From NCBI RefSeq assembly GCF_001194135.2, contig NC_068986.1, positions 109,127,894 through 109,174,912 of the forward strand: DNA of 47,019 nucleotides, written 5' to 3'. Positions 1 to 11,405 of this stretch are shown in pieces. The notes below the pieces were generated by a model. That model made no database searches. It saw nothing but the letters and a program-made list of their open reading frames with translations, and was not told the DNA's origin. This stretch comes from Octopus bimaculoides (lineage: Eukaryota). Position 1 is the first letter of the stretch. Every line of letters starts with the position of its first letter. A program made the position numbers and the translations under genes.

Positions 1-411
1 CTGGTGGCATGTAATAAGCACCATTCAAGCGTGGGTCAATGTCAGTGCCGCCCAATTGGCTCCCCGTGCCGGTGGCACATAAAAAGCACCATCCAAATGT
101 GGTCGATGCCAGTCTTCCCTGCCCCACCCTTCTGCCACTGGCTCCTATGCCGGTGGCTTGTAAAAAGCACCATCTGAACATGGTTGATACCATTGCTGCC
201 TGACTAGCTCTCATGCTGGTGACACATAAAAGGCACCCACTACACTCTCGGAGTGGTTGGCATTAGGAAGGGCATCCAGCTGTAGAAACTCTACCAAATC
301 AGATTGGAGCCTGGTATAGCCATCTGGTTCGCCAGTCCCCAGTCAAACTGTCCAACCCATGCTAGCATGGAAAGCGGACGTTAAATGATGATGATGATGA
401 TGATGATGATA
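1..411 (+). mobile_element. Family A retroelement 3' part: ~60-66 bp tandem subunits followed by an RTE-type tail ending in (GAT)n
   Basis: Repeated GGCAC(A/G)TAAAAAGCACC units, then TTAGGAAGGGCATCCAGCTGTAGAAAC...CATGGAAAGCGGACGTTAAATGATGATG; this tail recurs more than 15 times in the window. Confidence 0.75.
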
Positions 412-418
412 TGTCATC

Positions 419-645
419 CTCATCATCGTTTAACATCCATTAACCATGCTAGCATGGGTTGGACAGTTTGACTGGGCACTGGCGAACCAGATGGCTGCAC
501 CAGGCTCCAATCTGATCTGGCAGAATTTCTACAGCTGGATGCCCTTCCTAACGCCAACCACTCCAAGAGTGTAGTGGGTGCTTTTACGTGCCACCAGCAC
601 GAAGGCCAGTCAGGCGGTACTGGCAACAGCCATGCTCAAATGGTG
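419..645 (-). mobile_element. Family A copy, tail-to-tail with the 1-411 copy
   Basis: CATCATCGTTTAAC...GGATGCCCTTCCTAACGCCAACCAC is the reverse complement of the family A tail. Confidence 0.8.
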
Positions 646-679
646 TTTCTTACGCGATATATACATATATATATCCTCT

Positions 680-748
680 GGTTCACCAGTCCTCAATCAA
701 ATCGTCCAACCCATGCCAGCATGGAAAGTGGACATTAAGTGATGATCA
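680..748 (+). mobile_element. Family A 3' tail fragment
   Basis: CAGTCCTCAATCAAATCGTCCAACCCATGCCAGCATGGAAAGTGGACATTAAGTGATGAT. Confidence 0.65.
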
Positions 749-998
749 TAATGATGATAATATATACATATAAAAAACAAAGAATGAAGATGCATTATCA
801 ATGATTTAGCTAAATAAATTGTTGATAATGTATGTTTCATTCTTAATGTTTCTTTTTACTAGTGTATTCTAGGATTTACACACTAAATACAATTGGTATT
901 CTACCTTGGATTTACAAGAAAAGAATAACATATAAACATTGCCATAGTACAAACTGGACAATTTAGTTAGCCAGGTTTTGTTTCCACAGACTGCGTAA

Positions 999-1220
999 CC
1001 CATTAAGTCCGAGTGTACTTAAATTCCTGACTATTACTTTTAAATTTTCACAGATAATTGAAAGTAGGTTAAAATGGAAATAATCAATTATTAAAACTCC
1101 TTTACTTTGAGTAGAAATGGAAACACACGGTGTCCTATAAATAGGACATTGGGACAATGTGATATAGCTTATTTAACATTTTCATTGTGTCCTATTTATA
1201 GGACAGTGGGACTTAATGGT
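999..1220. mobile_element. piggyBac-like MITE (degenerate)
   Basis: Imperfect TIRs CCCATTAAGTCC.../...GGACTTAATGGT, flanked by GTAA (995-998) and TTAA (1221-1224). Confidence 0.5.
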
Positions 1221-1270
1221 TTAAAAAGCATTTTGCCTGAATTTATTTGATTCCTATTTTCCTTCATGGG

Positions 1271-1274
<4 letters not shown>

Positions 1275-1353
<79 letters not shown>
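1275..1353. repeat. (TG)n microsatellite
   Basis: Uninterrupted TG run. Confidence 0.95.
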
Positions 1354-1355
<2 letters not shown>

Positions 1356-1751
1356 TGCTTAAGATATCACACAAACCTAAATATACATACAGTCAGCAGA
1401 AAGTTAATTTCTATACATTCATTGGCGTCTGGGTAATATAACCAGATGAATATGAATCTTTATACGGTCAGTTGAATCTGTGTATTTATATAGACAGCGC
1501 AATATAAATTTTAAAAAGTCAACTAAGATTATGATAGACACTCAGGTGAATTTGAATTTCTATATCATTAATTGAATATATATTTTCATATTGTCCTTTA
1601 GATTGGAAATTTTATAAATTAAGTTGAATAAAAATTATTGACTCGATTATTAAAGCTGAATATATAAAATGACTTGGGTACAATTTTTATATATTTATTT
1701 GAATGTGAAAGCCAGAAACATGTACTTTCTGACACAGGTAGTTTTACATGA

Positions 1752-2330
1752 ACATCATCATCTTCATTCACCATCTGCTTTCCATAGGTTGGATGGTTTG
1801 ACAGGGGCTGGCAAGCTTGATGTCAAACCATCTACTGTCTGCTTTGGTATGGTTTCTACAGCTTGATGCCCTTCCTAATGCCAACCACTTCACAAAATGT
1901 ACTTGGTGCTTTTTATGTGGCGCCAGCACCAGTGAGGTTACCAAGTAACTTGTTAGACAAGACCTAACTCAGTTGAGGGAAGGAATAGTATTGAGGGAGG
2001 TGGCCTGTGCCAGACGAGAGATTAGAGTATGAATAAAGGGACAGAAGCAGGTGTCTTGGAGTGGAGAAGATACATGGCTACTCCAGCTGGAAAAAAGAGA
2101 GAGGAGAGAGAAAGGGAAAATGGTGAAGATGCGTCAGGCATTGGCACACCCTCAAATTATAGGGAGAAGTATATAAGTAGCAGAGGGGACTACATAGGCT
2201 GAGTGGGCAGGTAAACTCATGAGAGTGTTAAAGAAGAGTAAGAGATGGTGGGGAGGGGAATGCAGTGAGTGAACATGGGTGGAGGGATGAGGGTTAGGAT
2301 GATGAGCTGCAGGGAAAACCTGCTTTGCAA
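1752..2330 (-). mobile_element. RTE LINE 3' UTR plus family A tail
   Basis: Reverse-complement similarity to 16600-17190 (e.g. GGTTACCAAGTAACTT, GAAGCAGGTGTCTTG...GATACATGGCT). Confidence 0.6.
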
Positions 2331-2450
2331 CCACATGGCTTCAGGCTCAGTCCTATTGCATGGCACCTTGGGCAAGTGTCTTCTACTATAGCCCTGGGCC
2401 AACCAATGCTTTGTGAGTGAATTTAGTAGATAGAAACTGTATGAAAGCCC
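2320..2450 (+). mobile_element. SINE family B, 5' half (degraded)
   Basis: CAACCACATGG...GGCACCTTGGGCAAGTGTCTTCTACTATAGCC. Confidence 0.7.
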
Positions 2451-2460
2451 ATTTTATATC

Positions 2461-2670
2461 GTCATCATCATTTAATGTTCATTTTCCATGCTGGCATGGG
2501 TTGGATAGTTTGACAGGAACTGGCAGGGCTGGAGAGCTGCACCATGTTCCAATTGTCTGTCAACACATGGTTTATGAAGTTGGATGCCCTTCCTAATGCC
2601 AACTACTGCTTAGAGTGTACTGGGGGCTTTTTATGTGGAACTGTGACAGGCATTTTTATGCGGTACCAGT
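2461..2670 (-). mobile_element. Family A copy
   Basis: CATCATCATTTAATG...TGGATGCCCTTCCTAATGCCAAC. Confidence 0.7.
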
Positions 2671-2679
2671 ATGGACACT

Positions 2680-2965
2680 TGTGTGTGTGTGTTGTGTGCG
2701 TGTGCGTGTGTGTGCGTGTGTGTGTGTGTGTGCGTGTGCGTGTGTGTGCGTGTGTGTGTGTGTTTTCTATGTTTGTCACCCCATCATTGCTTGACAGCCA
2801 GTGTTGGTTTGTTTACATCTCTGGAATTTAGCGGTTCAGCAAAAATAACTGACAGAATAAATACCAGACTTTAAAAACAAGTACTGGGGTTGATTTGTTC
2901 AATTAAAACCCTTCAAAGCTGTACCCCAGCATGGCCACAGTCTAATTACCGAAGCAAGTAATGGA
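2680..2965 (+). mobile_element. SINE family B, 3' half with its internal (TG)n
   Basis: TTTAGCGGTTCAGCAAAA...GTACTGGGGTTGATTTG...CAGCATGGCCACAGTC. Confidence 0.65.
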
Positions 2966-3056
2966 TAAATGAAAGTCAGCTGCCTATAAAACTTACAGAG
3001 TCAACTAAACATCATGTTTATTAATTTTAATTTTTCTACAGTTAATTGAATATCAG

Positions 3057-3095
<39 letters not shown>

Positions 3096-3114
3096 TACAC
3101 ACACACACGCACAG

Positions 3115-3292
3115 GTAGAGATGTGGCTGTGTGGTAAGAAGCAGTGTTGATTTGTTTATATTCCAATAACTTGGCAGTTCAGCAAAAGAGACTGATAGAA
3201 TAAGTACCTGCCTTTAAGTACCGAGGTCAATTCATTCAACTAAAATTCTTCAAGTTGGTGCCCCAGCATGGCCACAGTCAAATGACTAGAAC
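3115..3292 (+). mobile_element. SINE family B, internally deleted copy
   Basis: Head TGGCTGTGTGGTAAG joined directly to the 3' half (TAACTTGGCAGTTCAGCAAAAGAGAC...GGCCACAGTCAAATGACT). Confidence 0.6.
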
Positions 3293-3323
3293 AATATATA
3301 TATATACACATATATATATATAT

Positions 3324-3325
<2 letters not shown>

Positions 3326-3364
<39 letters not shown>

Positions 3365-3425
3365 TAGACAGATAGACAGACAGACAGACAGATAGACAGA
3401 CAGACAGATAGATAGATAGATAGAC
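3326..3425. repeat. (GACA)n/(GATA)n microsatellite
   Basis: Direct reading. Confidence 0.9.
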
Positions 3426-4056
3426 ACTATATTTATTTAATATAGGCTTTAACATAGATTTTTATCTTCAATTCATTAATAAATTAATCATCTCCAACAG
3501 CTTATGTCAGAAAACAGACAAAAAAACAACAAACATAAACAAGAAATAAATATCTGTGGAGAGTTGATACATAGGTATGGCCTCAACCAAGGGCCCTCAA
3601 CTTTTCCCTTGTGACTTTCGTGGAAACATTCTCAAGCTTACAGTAGTCTAGTAGTAATCAATGACGAGTAAAAATGTAATTAAACAATGCTAATTAGAAA
3701 TACAAACATAAACCCATAGGTCATGCTAAATAGCTATTAGTGAAACTAGCAAAATATCTGGTGGATTGTCACTGCCGAATCTTTTTTCCCATAGCTATAA
3801 ATGGCATATAATTGTCTGTGCTAATGATTATCTGACACTGAAATACATCTAATATCCTCAAATATTTAATATTCCCATGATTACAATTATAATTAAGAGA
3901 GCTCTTGATTCACTGTGTAAACGGCAGAACATTACCAAGAATATTGTTGTTGCTATCAACTTCTCTTAAGTTTTCCCATCGAAATGGGGGATTTTTAATT
4001 TCAGTTTGGGGAAGAGCTAAGCCATGGGAACATATTTGCTATGACATAGCTGAACT

Positions 4057-4087
<31 letters not shown>

Positions 4088-4134
4088 CAGCAACAGCAGT
4101 AGCAATAATAATGATGATAACGACAACAACAACA

Positions 4135-4276
4135 ATAAAAATAAAGGTTTCAAATTTTGGCACTGGGCCAGCAATTTTAGGGGAGGGACAAAGTTGATTA
4201 TATTGACCCCAGTGTTAGACAGACACTTATTTTATCAACTGCAAAAAAGAGGAGAGGGAAAGTCAACCTCCGTAGA

Positions 4277-4278
<2 letters not shown>
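4135..4278 (-). mobile_element. SINE family C 3' part
   Basis: Reverse complement matches the TTGACTTT...CTGGGGTCAAT...AAAATTGCTGGCC...AAATTTGAAACC tail seen at 14880-14950 and resembles 26980-27093. Confidence 0.6.
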
Positions 4279-4320
<42 letters not shown>

Positions 4321-4420
4321 NNNNNNNNNNNNNNNNNNNNNNNNNNNNNNNNNNNNNNNNNNNNNNNNNNNNNNNNNNNNNNNNNNNNNNNNNNNNNNNN
4401 NNNNNNNNNNNNNNNNNNNN
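4321..4420. other. Assembly gap (100 N) inside a (TAA)n run
   Basis: N run. Confidence 1.
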
Positions 4421-4534
4421 ATAATAATAATAATAATGAAAATGACCTATGTTCATTTCGATGCAATATCTAGAATGATTAATACATATTATAAAATATT
4501 ATAAAATAGGGGATACTCCATCTCCTCGGGGTCC

Positions 4535-4566
<32 letters not shown>

Positions 4567-4842
4567 GTAATATGCTGCCAATAAAAACAGAAAACATTCA
4601 AATCCAATTTTCATAGTTGACCCATACCTATATATATATACATATAGGTATGTATATACATACATACCTATATATATATATACATACATACATACACACA
4701 CATATATATATACATATCGACCTATATATATATATATGTATACATACATACACACACACACATATATATATATATACATACATACATACCTACATATATA
4801 TATACTTATAATCAAAATAAGCAACAAGGATATTGAAACGTA

Positions 4843-4930
4843 ATGCAGTACGATCGTTTCATGCAACTCCATTTAATTTAACAATGTAATCATTACATCA
4901 ATTTAAATGCAGAGCAATCCTCAGCTGCAC
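4843..4930 (-). ncRNA. Type I hammerhead ribozyme fold (Penelope-type, palindromic stem III, long stem II)
   Basis: Minus strand: GUGCAG-CUGAGGA-[57-nt imperfect hairpin]-GAAA-CGAUCG-UA^-CUGCAU; 6-bp stem I, intact CUGANGA and GAAA core, GUA cleavage triplet. Confidence 0.7.
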
Positions 4931-5949
4931 AAAGACATAGAATTTAATTAAATTAGAACAGATGGACACATTAGTATAATTATACCTAAAATCTCCAAGA
5001 ACATAAGGAGATCGACAAAGAACATGTTGCCTCTACTTCAACATAGAAGTTAATAAATAAATTGTCAAGAAGACTTTGCCTGTCACTGATTTTATCTGTT
5101 TTTTATGGGTCAGTTTTAATTTATCGACTAGTTTATCAAACCTTGTATATCTAAGACTGAGAGAATAAAGGGCATTATCTGTTAGGGGTGGGGCTGAGAG
5201 AGCAGGCAGAAATCATAGTTGGTATAGTCATAAAAATCATGAGGTTGGGTAAAGGAAAACTTAAAACAAGATGTTGGCTGACAACTAAGGGAGGTTGCCC
5301 ACTAGCAGACCATTGATAATGAAACAGGGGAAGTCTTATCATGTAGTACTATAATTAAACGTTTTAAACAATGTTGCTATATTGTATACAGATAAAGCTT
5401 ATGGCTATTCAGAGGGTTATAAGGAAGAATATATTAACAAAAGGATAGAAATTTATGGATACTTTTGAGTATATACCAAACTATTACGAGAATAGAAGGA
5501 GGAAAAGAAATTATTCAGAAATAGTTTAATATTTATACATATTGTACACTTAATACTAACTCATCAGATGGTATTTGTGAATATTGATTAATAGGTATAT
5601 AATGGTATTAATAAAGGAGTATTGAGGTAAAAGAACATTCTAATTATATATTAATAAAATTATAATCTAAGCAGTTTTTTTATATGTAGTGAATATACCA
5701 GAATAGTTTTACATAAGCTAAATATGAATTTATAGAGATACAAGGATTAGCTTAATTTTTATGAATAAATAAAGGCTAATTACAAATGAATAAAGAAATG
5801 AAATAAAATAATCAATTAGGGCAGAATACCATAGAAATGAAATAGCTTAATTACTAATGATGTGGTAAAGTATATTTAGATTATTAACACCAATAGAGAA
5901 GATTTATAGAAAAAGTATAATAATTCAAAATATATTGGACACATATAAA

Positions 5950-6219
5950 TGTGTCTGTCTATCTGTCTGTCTGTGTAAATCACTAAAACTTGAGAACTAC
6001 ACAACCAATTTCATTCAAATTTTACACATGTCTTACTTAGGGTCTATGTAGTGTCACAGACCAAACAGACTTTTAACTTCTTGCCTAGTGCAAGCGCAGA
6101 GTAATATCATATCTTCTCCACTATTTCAGTATTATGTATCAAAAATGAAACAATAACATCTCTCTATTGTAATGTCAGATAGTTTCACTTTCATAGTTTC
6201 ACTTTAATACTGAAACTAT
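5950..6219 (+). mobile_element. Helitron/Helentron-associated non-autonomous element (DINE-1/HINE-like)
   Basis: (CTGT)n followed by AACTACACAACCAATTTCATTCAAATTTTACAC; 3' hairpin ATAGTTTCA-9nt-TGAAACTAT at 6193-6219. Confidence 0.45.
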
Positions 6220-6310
6220 TATCTCACATATATACAGGCATACGTACATATATACATACATATATAGAATACATATATATATGTGTGTGTGTGTGTATAC
6301 ATCTGCACGA

Positions 6311-6352
<42 letters not shown>

Positions 6353-6359
6353 ATATATA

Positions 6360-6967
6360 NNNNNNNNNNNNNNNNNNNNNNNNNNNNNNNNNNNNNNNNN
6401 NNNNNNNNNNNNNNNNNNNNNNNNNNNNNNNNNNNNNNNNNNNNNNNNNNNNNNNNNNNNNNNNNNNNNNNNNNNNNNNNNNNNNNNNNNNNNNNNNNNN
6501 NNNNNNNNNNNNNNNNNNNNNNNNNNNNNNNNNNNNNNNNNNNNNNNNNNNNNNNNNNNNNNNNNNNNNNNNNNNNNNNNNNNNNNNNNNNNNNNNNNNN
6601 NNNNNNNNNNNNNNNNNNNNNNNNNNNNNNNNNNNNNNNNNNNNNNNNNNNNNNNNNNNNNNNNNNNNNNNNNNNNNNNNNNNNNNNNNNNNNNNNNNNN
6701 NNNNNNNNNNNNNNNNNNNNNNNNNNNNNNNNNNNNNNNNNNNNNNNNNNNNNNNNNNNNNNNNNNNNNNNNNNNNNNNNNNNNNNNNNNNNNNNNNNNN
6801 NNNNNNNNNNNNNNNNNNNNNNNNNNNNNNNNNNNNNNNNNNNNNNNNNNNNNNNNNNNNNNNNNNNNNNNNNNNNNNNNNNNNNNNNNNNNNNNNNNNN
6901 NNNNNNNNNNNNNNNNNNNNNNNNNNNNNNNNNNNNNNNNNNNNNNNNNNNNNNNNNNNNNNNNNNN
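6360..6967. other. Assembly gap within an AT microsatellite
   Basis: N run. Confidence 1.
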
Positions 6968-7099
6968 ATATATATATATATATATATATATATACAGCAT
7001 AGCTGCAGTCAAATGACTGAAACAAGTAAAAGAGTAAGGGAATAGATGTATATGTATAGATGTATATATATATATATATAGATATAGATGTATATGTGT

Positions 7100-7290
7100 T
7101 ATGTTGCATGTCTCGTTTCTCTGTTTTTTTCGTTGTTTGAAAAAAAAGTTCGTTTTCTGTTTTCGCTTCTCATTGTGTTTAACGTTTTTTGTGATGTCCT
7201 GTACCCATATATGCATGTATGTATACATATAGATGTAGGTGTGTACATATATGTATGGATATATGCATATATTTATATTATTTATATTAT
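7100..7290 (+). mobile_element. Interspersed repeat 3' part related to 29330-29460
   Basis: Shared T-rich tract followed by GTCCTGTACCC..ATATGCATGTAT...ATGTAG. Confidence 0.45.
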
Positions 7291-7309
7291 TACATATATA
7301 GATGTACAT

Positions 7310-8082
7310 GTAATACACACACACACACACAAACACAATATGCCCGTTCCCCAGTAAAAAAATCACACACACACACACACACACTCAAAAGAAAAAAACA
7401 CACAATACAGTCCCAACAAACACTCACAAACATACATACACACAAGTATGACACACACCTCCCCGACAAATACAAGACACATAGACACACTCACACAAAC
7501 AGCTCCACACGTACACACACCCACTGCACTAACAATACAAACAAAACAAATCACTCACAAATACAACACACACACATGTGCACACACACACCCCGGGAAA
7601 CTACATAAACAATACCCACATATATATATATTCACACACACACAAACGTATACTCAGTACCAACATGCACACACATGCACACCACCAGGATAAACCCAAC
7701 ACACACGAACACACACAGAACCCCTGATGAATACAACACACTCACACACACATACACACCCACACATACCCCCACACACATAGATCTGCACACTCACACA
7801 CATACGGTTGCTCTCTCTCTCTCATACACACAAGGACAAAACAACACAAACATACTTAGACACACACACTCACGTACACACACATAACATCCCCACCAAC
7901 ACAAAACACACAAACATACACACACAAACATATATATACACATACATATACATACACATACACATATATATATATATACATATATATATACACACACACA
8001 TATATATATACACATACATATATATATATACACACATACATATATATATATATACACACATACATATATATATATATACACA
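7310..8082. repeat. Degenerate (CA)n low-complexity tract grading into (TA)n
   Basis: Almost exclusively C/A on the plus strand. Confidence 0.9.
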
Positions 8083-9026
8083 NNNNNNNNNNNNNNNNNN
8101 NNNNNNNNNNNNNNNNNNNNNNNNNNNNNNNNNNNNNNNNNNNNNNNNNNNNNNNNNNNNNNNNNNNNNNNNNNNNNNNNNNNNNNNNNNNNNNNNNNNN
8201 NNNNNNNNNNNNNNNNNNNNNNNNNNNNNNNNNNNNNNNNNNNNNNNNNNNNNNNNNNNNNNNNNNNNNNNNNNNNNNNNNNNNNNNNNNNNNNNNNNNN
8301 NNNNNNNNNNNNNNNNNNNNNNNNNNNNNNNNNNNNNNNNNNNNNNNNNNNNNNNNNNNNNNNNNNNNNNNNNNNNNNNNNNNNNNNNNNNNNNNNNNNN
8401 NNNNNNNNNNNNNNNNNNNNNNNNNNNNNNNNNNNNNNNNNNNNNNNNNNNNNNNNNNNNNNNNNNNNNNNNNNNNNNNNNNNNNNNNNNNNNNNNNNNN
8501 NNNNNNNNNNNNNNNNNNNNNNNNNNNNNNNNNNNNNNNNNNNNNNNNNNNNNNNNNNNNNNNNNNNNNNNNNNNNNNNNNNNNNNNNNNNNNNNNNNNN
8601 NNNNNNNNNNNNNNNNNNNNNNNNNNNNNNNNNNNNNNNNNNNNNNNNNNNNNNNNNNNNNNNNNNNNNNNNNNNNNNNNNNNNNNNNNNNNNNNNNNNN
8701 NNNNNNNNNNNNNNNNNNNNNNNNNNNNNNNNNNNNNNNNNNNNNNNNNNNNNNNNNNNNNNNNNNNNNNNNNNNNNNNNNNNNNNNNNNNNNNNNNNNN
8801 NNNNNNNNNNNNNNNNNNNNNNNNNNNNNNNNNNNNNNNNNNNNNNNNNNNNNNNNNNNNNNNNNNNNNNNNNNNNNNNNNNNNNNNNNNNNNNNNNNNN
8901 NNNNNNNNNNNNNNNNNNNNNNNNNNNNNNNNNNNNNNNNNNNNNNNNNNNNNNNNNNNNNNNNNNNNNNNNNNNNNNNNNNNNNNNNNNNNNNNNNNNN
9001 NNNNNNNNNNNNNNNNNNNNNNNNNN
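8083..9026. other. Assembly gap
   Basis: N run. Confidence 1.
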
Positions 9027-9231
9027 ATATGCACATACATATATATATACATATATACATATATATATACGCATACATATATATATATACGCATACATAT
9101 ATATATATACACATACATATATATATACACATACATATATACATATATACATATACATATATATATGCACATACATATATATATATATGCACATACATAT
9201 ATACATATATATATACACACATACATATATG

Positions 9232-9295
<64 letters not shown>

Positions 9296-9819
9296 CATAT
9301 ATACATCCATATATATATATGTGTGTGTATATATAATGTCACTAATTTGAAGAACATTTGAGAAAATTGTATTTTAATGTATAAATATTTGATATTATAT
9401 CAACTGCAGACAAAACTTATATTTGATATTTTATTGAGTATATATAAACAAAAACTATTATTCACTGTTTGATTCTATAATCCTAAGAACTATTCTGATG
9501 ATTTAATGGGAAAGCTGATGAAGGAGACTGGGCCAAATGCATCAGTTGCAACAAACTTTTGAGCCACAAGTGTTGAAGCTGAATGCTCAGTAATAACTGG
9601 CTGCTATGAGGTGAACATCTGCAATGAAGCTGGTGTGTCTCGTGACTGTCTTCGATCAAGATAGATATACGAAAATACTGAGAGGAGGGATTAATAGATT
9701 CACTGTATGTTGATGAAGAATACGAAAATGACTACCTCTGACATTTTAATGATGTTCAAAAAAAAAAAAAAAATCTAACATTAGAAATTAATAAAATCAG
9801 ACTTGTGGGGATGTTACAT

Positions 9820-10125
9820 CATCATCACCATCATCATCGTTTAACGTCCGCTTTCCATGCTAGCATGGGTTGGACGATTTGACTGAGGACTAGTGGACCA
9901 GGAGGCTACACCAGGCTCCAATCCGATCTGGCAGAGTTTCTACAGCTGGATGCCCTTCCTAACGCCAACCACTCAGAGTGTAGTGGGTGCTTTTACGTGC
10001 CACCGGCACGAAGGCCAGTCAGGCGGTACTGGCAACAGTCACGCTCAAATGGTGTATTTTATGTGCCACCCGCACAAGAGCCAGTCCAGGGGCACTGGCA
10101 ACGATCTCGCTCGAAAGTCCATTAT
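9820..10125 (-). mobile_element. Family A copy (young, 2 internal subunits)
   Basis: CATCATCGTTTAACGTCCGCTTTCCATGCTAGCATGGG...GGCACTGGCAACGATCTCGCTCG. Confidence 0.85.
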
Positions 10126-11340
10126 ACATGCCCACATGAAAAAAAAAAACACAGTACGGATTCACTGAAAAACTGACATGTCCACATTCATTTTACTCAA
10201 GTATATAAGCACTTGATGGTGTTAGATTAACCAAAACCTTGTCGTAGTCAGATGAGTTGACATTCAATTTGTTTGGCTCTGATCAGAGATTATGTGTCTA
10301 ATATTATACAGGAGAATTTCTCCTGGTGAGTTACTTAATTTAGAGACAAAGTATAATGATAAATAATATGTATTATATTAAAGTGCAAACAATAGACTCC
10401 TGTGGTGTAAAAAATCTGTTATGCTGTGGAAGGGGGATGATTAAAGTGTGTGTATGTGAGAGAGAGAGAGATTTAAATTAACACTACTGATATGTGCACA
10501 TACACACACACACACGCACGCTATTGGCACGCACATGCACAAACAAATAATAATTAGTTGTGTCTGTGTGAGAGAGAAAGTGCACAGTATGCATATATGT
10601 GTGCATCCTGTTAGTGTTTGTATGTGTGTGAATATGTATGTGGAAAGTATCATATGATGAACAAGGAAGCTGAAGCTATTAGGGTTAGAATGAGTACTGT
10701 TAATAAAAAAGAAGATAAAATATGAACGGTGATGACAGGATACAAAAAAAAAAGGCTAGAAGAGAACAGACAAAATTTCCTAGAAATTAATCAAAGAATT
10801 ATAAAGGAAATGATAGGATATTATTAACTGGGAAAACATCTGACTGGCACATGCCACAAAATGGGTTGTGGAATTTCTACAAGTACTGCTAGTTCTAATT
10901 CGTTTCATTTATTTCACCACATCAGCTTCAAACAATATATGATGAAAAGGGGAATTTTGTTACTCTTTTAAAGGTTGTAACTCTCACCATGAAAACTTTA
11001 AACCGACTTAATGCAATTATTGGCAGTATCAATAACACCACAAAAACAAAATGAATATCACTTCTTTTAAGAATATTTAACCATAAGTACAGGCTTATCT
11101 TTAAACCAAGTGTTGCCACTGAACATCCCAAAAACATTAATTAAAAAAAGAACATATATCACAGGATGACAATAATAGCTCTCACACATTATCAAAAATT
11201 AATAAATGAAGCGTTATGGAACATATATATAGAGAGAGAAGGGGGGGAGATCATAAAATATCAGGAGGTATGAGAGGTAAATATATTTAACCACGTGATA
11301 CTCATTGCAAGTGGATTTGGTACACAGAAACTGAAGGAAA

Positions 11341-11405
<65 letters not shown>

